Part shown: one piece after another, positions 57,193 through 64,000 of the stretch
Numbering within the stretch: the stretch's first letter is position 1
How the letters are laid out: every line of letters starts with the position of its first letter
Source of the DNA: an uncultured Acidobacteriota bacterium
GTDB taxonomy: Bacteria > Acidobacteriota > Thermoanaerobaculia > UBA5066
Assembly (NCBI GenBank): GCA_963779415.1
Contig: CAVZYA010000003.1
Span: 1,617 to 65,616 of the forward strand
Length of the DNA stretch: 64,000 bases
Direction: 5' to 3'
The notes under the pieces: model-generated
What the model was told of the DNA's origin: nothing
The model's input: the letters and a program-made list of their open reading frames with translations, nothing else
Databases searched by the model: none
Program-made: the position numbers and the translations under genes

Positions 57193-58934
57193 AGGAGCGC
57201 TCCCCCAGAAACCAGAGCGCGGCCGCCCTCTCCCCCAGGGCACGGGCAGGATCTCCGGCCCCCTGCTCGAGATAGCGTCGGATCTCGGCGGCCCCCGCCT
57301 CGGGGCCCTCGAATCTCTCGGTGAGGGTCGCGGCCACCACGGTGTCGGCGAAGCGATATCGCGACGCCGCGATCGGCGAGGGAAGAAGAGCCGAGAGGGC
57401 GCTGACGATGAGAACGGCAAGAGACAGCAGGACGACCCGCGCGCGCCGCCGCGCGCGCCATTCCTCGAAGGAAAGAAGGACCAGACAGCCCGATCCCCAG
57501 AGCGAGAGGCGGCACGACACCCACCCGGTAGCGGGCCGTCGTCTGGACGAGGAGACACGCGACCCGAGCGGTGTGCCACCGCGACGGCGACCAGCCAGCC
57601 CTCTTCCTTTCGAAGCACGCCGCGCGCGAGCGCGGCGAAGAGCCCGACGAGCCCCGCTCCGACGACACACGGAAAGACGGGCAGCAGGGTGAGCACCGGG
57701 AGCCGGTCCCGGAAGAAGTACCAGTTCGAGTTGTCGGGGATCTCGTAGGCGAGGAAGAACGTGGCCGCCTTCTTCGCCCAGAGGAGCGGCAGCTCCCACG
57801 GAGCGTCGGCGTATCCCGCGAGGACGAGGCGCGCGGTCTCCGTCGTCGACCGCTCCGGCCTTCTCGAGGATCTCCTTCATCGTCTCGCGGCGGGGCCGTC
57901 GAGGCATCCGCACCGCGCCCGTTTCCCCAGGCAAGGCCGATCGCCTGCCGCGTGTCGAAGGTCAGGGGCGGGACGCCTGCCGCGACGTTTCGCGCCGCGA
58001 GGGCCATCAGAGGGATCGCAAGGCCGAGAGCCCCAAGAGCGAGGCGGCGCTTCGCGCCGACCGGGGATTTCTTCGAAAGGAGGAAAAGGGAAAAGAAGGC
58101 CAACGGCAGTAGCGTCTGCTTCAGCAGGGCCGCAAGGCCGCCGAGAAGCCCGAGGGAGAACGCTCCGGCGCCGCCCCCGTTCCCCTTTTTCGAAGCAAAT
58201 CCCTCGCGGGCTCCCCCTCCCTCCTCTTCCGTCTCCGAGGCCAGGAGCGGCCAGGCGAGGAGGAGCGCGGAGAGGTGCGCGACGGGCCCGTCGCGGTATG
58301 CGAAGCCGTCCTGGAAGACGAGAGGGCCGTAGAGGCCGTAGAACAGTCCGGCGACGAGCCCGGCCGCAGCCACCGGCCCCGAAAACGGCGCGGCGCCGCC
58401 CTTCTCATCTCCCTCCCCCTCTCTTCCTCTCAGAAGAAATCTCCCGGCAATCCCCTGGGCCGCCGCCGCGACCGACGCTGCGGCGAGACAGGCGAGGAGG
58501 AGCTGAAGGAGCCGGACCGTCGGAAGGAGCGGCAGGCCCGCTATGCGGATCACGGCGAGGGAATAGGGATAGAGCGGACCTGCAAAGTAGGCGTTCTTCT
58601 GATAGAGCCGCTCCCACGCCGCCGGAGGGCCGTACGGCGCCTGCCACGAGAAGTACGAACGCCACGCGGGGACGTCGAGCCAGTTTCCCGAAGCCAGGTG
58701 CGCCGACCAGTCCACGTAGCCCCACTCGTCCGTCTCCATCCAGAGGTGCCATTCGGAGAGCGGCGAGGCCTCGAGTGCCGCGAAGTAAAGCGACCGGACG
58801 GCGAGGACGGCCGCGAAGACGGCCACGGGCACGAGACGGCGGAGGCGTGTCGGGTCGCCGCGGAAGGGCACGCGCGATTGTAGGTCGGAGAAGAAAACAA
58901 CGAGGGCGCCGCGGTCGCGGCGCCCTCGGAGCAC
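57128..58934 (-). pseudogene. Polytopic membrane protein resembling GT39/ArnT-type glycosyltransferases, interrupted by about 4 frameshifts
   Basis: Continuous text requires frame switches near 57917, 57856, 57575 and 57490. The segments read ...AIGLAWGNG, AVRMPRRPRRETMKEILEKA, ERSTTETARLVLAGYADAPWELPLLWAKK...AVAVAH, TARVACLLVQTTARYRVGVVPPLALGIGL and CLVLLSFEEW.... The family call is tentative. Confidence 0.6.
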
Positions 58935-58957
58935 CCGGGAAGCTCAGGAAGAGCCGG

Positions 58958-59590
58958 TCAGCTTCCGACCTTGCGGGGGGTTCCGCCGTGCGTGCCGCCC
59001 CCCTTCTTTCCCGAGCCCTTCGGGGCCCGCGGCCCCTTGACCCCGCGCGGCTTCTCGACGTGCGGCTTCCTCTCGGCCTTCTCTTCGCCTTCGGCGGCCG
59101 GCGTCTCGGCCTTCTCGGCTTTCGCTTCGCCGCCCTTCCCCGCCACGAGCTTCTTCGCCTTGTCGAGGAGGGATTCCTTCTTCTCCACGGCAGCCTTCTC
59201 GGCGACCTTCTTCTCGGCCTGCCGCTGGGCGAAGTCGTAATCGATGAATTCGAGGATGGCCATCTCGGCGCCGTCGCCCGGACGCCGGCCCAGCTTCAGG
59301 ATGTGGGTGTAGCCTCCGACGCGCTCCTTGAACCGCGGAGAGATCACCTCGAACAGCTTCCGGACGACGTCGGCATCCGGGACGCTCTTCAGAGCGAGGC
59401 GCCGCGCATGGAGCCCGCCCCGCTTTCCGAGGGTGATCATCTTCTCCGCGAGGGGGCGCAGCTCCTTGGCCTTCGGCAGGGTCGTCTGGATCCGTTCGTG
59501 TGTGAGGAGGGACGCGAGCTGGTTCCGGAAGAGCGATCGCCGGTGCGAGGTCGTTCGCCCCAGCTTGCGGCCCGCGCGATTGTGCTGCAT
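58958..59590 (-). CDS. rplQ: 50S ribosomal protein L17 with a Lys/Glu/Ala-rich C-terminal extension of about 90 aa
   Basis: [46 protein letters not shown]... Confidence 0.95.
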   Translation of the reverse strand: MQHNRAGRKLGRTTSHRRSLFRNQLASLLTHERIQTTLPKAKELRPLAEKMITLGKRGGLHARRLALKSVPDADVVRKLFEVISPRFKERVGGYTHILKLGRRPGDGAEMAILEFIDYDFAQRQAEKKVAEKAAVEKKESLLDKAKKLVAGKGGEAKAEKAETPAAEGEEKAERKPHVEKPRGVKGPRAPKGSGKKGGGTHGGTPRKVGS

Positions 59591-59600
59591 GGCCGCCTCC

Positions 59601-60572
59601 TCACCGTCCCGCGCCGGATGGGGACTCGAGCTTCATTCCGAAGGCGAGCCCCTTCTCGCGCAGAATCTCCTTGATCTCGTTCAGGCTCTTCCGCCCGAAG
59701 TTCTTCGTCTCGAGCATGTCCTTCTCGGTCTTCAGGACGAGTTCGCGGAGCGTCCGGATTCCGGCGTTCTTCAGGCAGTTCGCGCTCCGCACGGAGAGCT
59801 CCAGTTCCTCGACGTTCGTGTCGAGCAGGGCGTCCAGCTCGCTCTGCGGAAGCTCCGGACCGGCCGTCGGCTTCGCCTCGTCCGTCTCGAGGTTCACGAA
59901 GATGGCGAGGTGGTCCCTGAGGAGGACCGCGGCGAGGCCCATCGCGTCCCGCGGCGTGACCGTGCCGTTCGTCCAGACCTCGATGACGAGCTTGTCGTAG
60001 TCGGTCGCCTGGCCGACGCGCGCCGCCTCGACGTGGTAGTTCACGCGGCGGACGGGGGAATGGGCCGAATCGATCGGGATGGTGCCGATCGGAGCTTCCG
60101 GGTCGAAGTTCCTGTCGGCCGGGATGTAGCCGCGTCCCTTGCCGATCGTCGCTTCCAGCCGGAGCCGGCCGCCGTCGGCCAGCGTCGCCACCGGCGCCTC
60201 GGCGTTCAGGATCTCGATCTGGGCGTCGTCCTCGAAGGCGTCGGCCGTGACGAGGCCCTTCGTCTTGGCGTCCAGAACGAGCATCCGGGGTCCGTCCTCG
60301 TGCAGCCGGATCGCCAGCTGCTTGAGGTTCAGGATGACGTCTGTGACATCCTCGACGACGCCCGGCACAGCCGTGAACTCGTGCTCGACCCCTTCGATCT
60401 TCACGGCGGTGATGGCGGCTCCCTCGATCGACGAGAGGAGGACACGCCGGAGGGCGTTGCCCACCGTCGTCCCCCAGCCGCGCTCGAGCGGCTGGGCGGT
60501 GTACCGGCCGTAATTGCCCTTCTCCTCCTCGACCTCGAGACGGTTCGGGCGCTGGAAGTTCTTCCACATCAT
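59601..60572 (-). CDS. rpoA: DNA-directed RNA polymerase alpha subunit
   Basis: [34 protein letters not shown]... and the C-terminal [19 protein letters not shown]. Confidence 0.95.
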   Translation of the reverse strand: MMWKNFQRPNRLEVEEEKGNYGRYTAQPLERGWGTTVGNALRRVLLSSIEGAAITAVKIEGVEHEFTAVPGVVEDVTDVILNLKQLAIRLHEDGPRMLVLDAKTKGLVTADAFEDDAQIEILNAEAPVATLADGGRLRLEATIGKGRGYIPADRNFDPEAPIGTIPIDSAHSPVRRVNYHVEAARVGQATDYDKLVIEVWTNGTVTPRDAMGLAAVLLRDHLAIFVNLETDEAKPTAGPELPQSELDALLDTNVEELELSVRSANCLKNAGIRTLRELVLKTEKDMLETKNFGRKSLNEIKEILREKGLAFGMKLESPSGAGR

Positions 60573-60672
60573 GACTTCTTCTCCCGGCCCTGCGTCTTAT
60601 CCGCTGAGCGGCGCGCGCGGGCCCTGTTGCCGACTTGTCAAACCCCTGCGGCTCTCTCCGCCGCGGAGGGGC

Positions 60673-61299
60673 TCACTTCGAATAGAGCTCGACGATCAGC
60701 TTCTCGTTGACCGGGAGCGCGACGTCCTCGCGCTTCGGCAGGGCGACGACCTTCCCCTGGAACTCGGAGGCGTTCAGCTCGAGCCACGCCGGGACGCCCC
60801 GGCCCTTCGCCGTCTCGACCGCGCCCGAGATGAGCGGGTTCTTGCGGCTCCTCTCCTTGACCGAGACGACCGCGCCGGCGTTCACGACGAAGCTTGGGAC
60901 GTTCACCTTCCGCCCGTTCACCCGGACGTGGCCGTGGCGGACGAGCTGCCGGGCCTGTGACCGCGAGGCCGCAAAGCCGAGCCTATGGACCACGTTGTCC
61001 AGCCGGCGCTCGAGGAGGGCGAGGAGGTTCTCGCCCGTGACGCCCCGCATCCGCTCGGCCCTCTGGAAGGTGAGGCGGAACTGCTCCTCGAGGACGCCGT
61101 AGAAGCGCTTGACCTTCTGCTTTTCGCGGAGCTGGATTCCGTAACCGAGAATCTTGGAGCGGCGCTTGCCGTGCTGTCCCGGCGGGAAGTTGCGGCGCTC
61201 GATGGCGCACTTGTTCGTGAAGCAGCGGTCTCCCTTGAGGAACAGCTTCATCGCTTCACGCCGGCAGAGCCGGCAGACCGACTGTCGATAGCGAGCCAT
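60673..61299 (-). CDS. rpsD: 30S ribosomal protein S4
   Basis: [36 protein letters not shown]... The ATG overlaps the rpsK stop by 1 nt (TAATG). Confidence 0.95.
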   Translation of the reverse strand: MARYRQSVCRLCRREAMKLFLKGDRCFTNKCAIERRNFPPGQHGKRRSKILGYGIQLREKQKVKRFYGVLEEQFRLTFQRAERMRGVTGENLLALLERRLDNVVHRLGFAASRSQARQLVRHGHVRVNGRKVNVPSFVVNAGAVVSVKERSRKNPLISGAVETAKGRGVPAWLELNASEFQGKVVALPKREDVALPVNEKLIVELYSK

Positions 61300-61736
61300 T
61301 AGACCCTTCTCCTCTTGCGCGGCCGGCAGCCATTGTGCGGAATGGGGGTGACGTCCTTGATCGACCGGATGTCGATCCCCGCGGCCGCGAGGGCCCGGAT
61401 CGCGCTCTCCCGGCCGCCGCCGGGTCCGTTCACGCGGACGTCGAGGGAGCGGACGCCGTGCTCGTGCGCGAGCTGGGCGGCGTTTCCCGCCGCCAGCTGC
61501 GCGGCGAACGGGGTCCCCTTGCGCGAGCCCTTGAACCCGATCCGCCCGGCCGAGGACCAGGAGAGGACGTTCCCCTGAGAGTCCGTGATCGAGATGATCG
61601 TGTTGTTGAAGGACGCCTGCACCGTCGCGAGCGCGTGCGGGATGTTCTTCTTTTCCTTCTTCGGGCCCTTCTTCTTGCCCTTGGCGGGCTTGCCGGTAGC
61701 GGCCGCTGTCGATTCCGTCGGATTCGCCATTCCCAT
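61299..61736 (-). CDS. rpsK: 30S ribosomal protein S11
   Basis: ...[33 protein letters not shown]...[15 protein letters not shown]. Confidence 0.95.
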   Translation of the reverse strand: MGMANPTESTAAATGKPAKGKKKGPKKEKKNIPHALATVQASFNNTIISITDSQGNVLSWSSAGRIGFKGSRKGTPFAAQLAAGNAAQLAHEHGVRSLDVRVNGPGGGRESAIRALAAAGIDIRSIKDVTPIPHNGCRPRKRRRV

Positions 61737-61754
61737 TTTTCCTTTTCGTTCGGC

Positions 61755-61781
61755 GGGGGAACCCGTTCCACGGGTTCCCCC
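61755..61781 (-). promoter_or_regulatory. 11-bp hairpin between rpsM and rpsK, sharing its stem with the infB-distal hairpin
   Basis: gggggaacccg-ttcca-cgggttccccc. Confidence 0.4.
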
Positions 61782-61793
61782 GGACCCCTTCCG

Positions 61794-62177
61794 TTATTTC
61801 TTCGTCGCCTTCTTCTTGCCGGCGATGGCGCCCTTGCGCGGACCCTTCCGCGTCCTCGCGTTCGTGTGCGTCCTCTGCCCGCGCACCGGGAGGTTCCGGC
61901 GGTGCCGGAGGCCGCGATAGCAACCGATCTCCATCAGCCTCTTGATGTCGGAGGCGACCTCCTTGCGGAGGTCTCCCTCCACGCGGACGTCCTCCTGGAT
62001 CACCTTCCGGATCCGGGAGACCTCGTCCTCGGACAGGTCCTTGACCCGCGTCTCCGGGCTCACCTTGGCGGTCGCGAGGACCTTGTTCGAGGTGGGACGG
62101 CCGATCCCGAAGATGTACGTCAGGCCGATCTCCACGCGCTTGTTCGGGGGCAGGTCGATGCCGGCGATTCGAGCCAT
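61794..62177 (-). CDS. rpsM: 30S ribosomal protein S13
   Basis: [26 protein letters not shown]... Confidence 0.95.
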   Translation of the reverse strand: MARIAGIDLPPNKRVEIGLTYIFGIGRPTSNKVLATAKVSPETRVKDLSEDEVSRIRKVIQEDVRVEGDLRKEVASDIKRLMEIGCYRGLRHRRNLPVRGQRTHTNARTRKGPRKGAIAGKKKATKK

Positions 62178-62190
62178 GGGTGCTTTCCTC

Positions 62191-62304
62191 TTACCTCTGG
62201 CGCTGCTTGTGCTTGGGGTTATCGCAGATGACCCGCACCACGCCCGCGCGGCGGATCACCTTGCACTTGGTGCAGATCTTCTTGACGGAGGTTCGGACTT
62301 TCAC
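62191..62304 (-). CDS. rpmJ: 50S ribosomal protein L36
   Basis: Not in the ORF track. The reverse complement gives GTG-start [37 protein letters not shown] followed by a stop. Confidence 0.9.
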   Translation of the reverse strand: MKVRTSVKKICTKCKVIRRAGVVRVICDNPKHKQRQR

Positions 62305-62318
62305 GGATGAGACTCCTC

Positions 62319-62543
62319 TTATTTGTACCGGTAGATGATCCGCCCGCGCGACAGGTCGTAAGGCGACAGCTCCACGAGCACCTTGTCGCCCGGCAGGATC
62401 CGGATGAAGTGCTTCCGCATCTTACCGGAGATGTGGGCGAGAACCTGGTGGTCCGGCTTGTTCTCCAGCTGCACCCGGAACATCGCGTTCGGGAGCGGCT
62501 CCACGACGGTGGCCGTGACTTCGATGGCATCTTCCTTCGACAT
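62319..62543 (-). CDS. infA: Translation initiation factor IF-1
   Basis: [55 protein letters not shown]. Confidence 0.95.
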   Translation of the reverse strand: MSKEDAIEVTATVVEPLPNAMFRVQLENKPDHQVLAHISGKMRKHFIRILPGDKVLVELSPYDLSRGRIIYRYK

Positions 62544-62563
62544 CTTCCGCTTCCGTTCCCCTG

Positions 62564-63403
62564 TTACGCCACGTTCGCCGTGAGGCCGCTTCCGGTGGCC
62601 TCCGGATACGCGGCCGCGGAGGGCGCGCCCGCGATCGCCCGATCCTCCGCATAGCGGCCGAAACCGAGGACGACCGGCCCGTCGGCCGTCGCCACGACGG
62701 TGTGCTCGAAGTGCGCGGAAGGCTTCCCGTCCGCCGCGCGGACCGTCCAGCCGTCGTCATCGACGACGACTTTCGCCCCCCCGAGGTTGAACATCGGCTC
62801 GATGGCCAGCGTCATTCCCTCGCGGATCGTCTCGCGCCGGCCGGCCGGGCCGTAGTTGGGGACCTGCGGCGCTTCGTGCAGCGACGTGCCGATCCCGTGT
62901 CCGACGAACTCGCGGACGATGCCGTATCCCTTCTTTCGCGCGACCGACTCGACGGCCGCGCCAATGTCCCCGATCTTTCCGCCGACGCGGATCGCCTCGA
63001 TTCCGGCGAGGAGCGCTTCGTGCGTCGTCGTGACGAGGTCGCGGACCGGAGGCGGCACCGGCTCGAGGATCGCCGTGCGGGCCGCGTCGCCGAAATAACC
63101 GTCCACGATCGCGCCGAGATCCAGCCCCACGATGTCTCCCGCCTTGAGGATGCGCTTGGGGGACGGGATGCCGTGGACGACCTCCTCGTTGATCGAGACG
63201 CAGATGGACTTCGGGTAGCCCCGGTAGCCGAGAAAAGCCGGCTTCGCGCCCCGGGCGCGGATCCCGGCATCGGCGATCCGGTCGATCTCCTCCGTCGTGA
63301 CCCCCGGCCGGCACGCGGCGAGGCATTCGGCGAGGACCTCCTGGACGATGCGCGTGGCGCGCTCCATCCGGAGGATCTCCGCCTTTCCCTTACACGTGAT
63401 CAT
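62564..63403 (-). CDS. map: Type I methionine aminopeptidase
   Basis: ...EVVHGIP...[16 protein letters not shown]...[10 protein letters not shown]..., ...LAIEPM... and ...FEHTV.... Confidence 0.9.
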   Translation of the reverse strand: MITCKGKAEILRMERATRIVQEVLAECLAACRPGVTTEEIDRIADAGIRARGAKPAFLGYRGYPKSICVSINEEVVHGIPSPKRILKAGDIVGLDLGAIVDGYFGDAARTAILEPVPPPVRDLVTTTHEALLAGIEAIRVGGKIGDIGAAVESVARKKGYGIVREFVGHGIGTSLHEAPQVPNYGPAGRRETIREGMTLAIEPMFNLGGAKVVVDDDGWTVRAADGKPSAHFEHTVVATADGPVVLGFGRYAEDRAIAGAPSAAAYPEATGSGLTANVA

Positions 63404-63993
63404 CGAGCCCCTTTGCGGGCGGCGCTCACGGCGGCGCGGACGTCCGCCGCCACCACTTCGATGCCGCGGTGCCCGTCGATCGTCACGAGAACGCCGGCCT
63501 TCCGGTAGCGGTCCGCGAGAGGGGCGGTCTTCTCCCGGTAGACGCGGAGCCGCTCCCGGATCGTCTCCGGCGTGTCGTCGGCCCGCCCCTCGAGGGCGGC
63601 CCGCTTGACGAGCCGGTCGATGATCGGGGCGTCCGGGACGTCGATGAAGAGGACGGCGCCGATCCCCGCGCCCCGCTCCTTCAGGATCCCGTCGAGCGCC
63701 GCCGCCTGCGCGACCGTCCGCGGGTAGCCGTCGAAGAGCGCGCCGCCCGCCGCGTCCGGCTCGGCGAGCCGCTCCTTCAGCATGGCGGTCACGAGATCGT
63801 CCGGCACGAGCGCGCCCGACTCCATGATCGGCTTTGCGGTCTTCCCGAGCGGAGTTCCCCGGGCCACGTGCGACCGGAGGAGATCCCCGGTGGAGATCTG
63901 CGGAATGGCCAGATCGGCCGCGAGCCGGGACGCCTGCGTTCCCTTGCCGGAGCCGGGGGGACCGAAGAAGACGACGTAGATTGCCATGTGCAC
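63400..63993 (-). CDS. adk: Adenylate kinase
   Basis: FFGPPGSGKGTQASRLA...STGDLLR...DGYPRTVAQA. Confidence 0.9.
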   Translation of the reverse strand: MHMAIYVVFFGPPGSGKGTQASRLAADLAIPQISTGDLLRSHVARGTPLGKTAKPIMESGALVPDDLVTAMLKERLAEPDAAGGALFDGYPRTVAQAAALDGILKERGAGIGAVLFIDVPDAPIIDRLVKRAALEGRADDTPETIRERLRVYREKTAPLADRYRKAGVLVTIDGHRGIEVVAADVRAAVSAARKGAR

Positions 63994-64000
63994 CTACCCT

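Noticed and set aside
54568-57696. 1042-aa minus-strand ORF antisense to pnp. Similar antisense or off-frame ORFs over infB (48742..51327, 48108..50354), the kinase (31876..33126, 32928..34229), glyS (34132..36387) and others.
   Set aside because: These are high-GC shadow ORFs with Arg/Gly/Pro-rich composition and no motifs. Each overlaps a gene with unambiguous conserved motifs. Only the first 40 codons or so of 54568..57696 are used, as one fragment of the frameshifted GT39-like gene.

Overview
High-GC bacterial chromosome segment. GloVer-repeat surface proteins and an IPTL-CTERM protein suggest an Acidobacteriota-like organism, but that is inference only. All calls come from reading the sequence and hand-translating; nothing was computed or searched.

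The window has three parts.

(1) 1-3874: the 5' part of a very large secreted surface-protein gene on the minus strand. It runs off the window edge, so it is missing from the ORF track.

(2) About 3.9-18.8 kb: an accessory region with visibly lower and patchier GC, ending on the right at a tRNA-Sec (selC) gene.
- It carries secreted or membrane proteins of unknown function.
- It holds a complete IS3/IS407-type insertion sequence with a 4-bp target duplication, and a second degenerate copy of the same IS left end.
- It has a phage-like RHH/replication protein but no integrase.
- Two unexplained repeat families sit in nearly every intergenic gap. Family A has 6 copies; one is a 338-bp MITE-like unit with 22-bp terminal inverted repeats. 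Family B has 2 copies of 144 nt each.

(3) 18.9-64 kb: core housekeeping genes.
- DprE1/DprE2-like pair, AlkA-like glycosylase and PBP1A.
- Two amidohydrolases, a GreA-domain protein and a Ser/Thr kinase.
- glyQS, recO, an MFS transporter, a futalosine-pathway radical SAM enzyme, HtrA and a TonB-like protein.
- rimP-nusA-infB-DUF503-rbfA-DHH-truB-rpsO-pnp.
- adk-map-infA-rpmJ-rpsM-rpsK-rpsD-rpoA-rplQ.

Most notable observations:
- A thioredoxin-fold gene has an in-frame TGA exactly at the first Cys of WCxxC. This is a predicted UxxC selenoprotein that the ORF track splits in two, and tRNA-Sec lies in the same window.
- The A/B repeat system is arranged one per intergenic gap, like a cassette array.
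- Five non-essential genes (two amidohydrolases, a GT39-like membrane protein, recO, IS orfB) carry dense 1-nt frameshifts while the long essential genes are intact. Several shifts sit in homopolymers, so sequence error is a serious alternative to real gene decay.

Many long Arg-rich ORFs in the track are high-GC shadow frames and were ignored.
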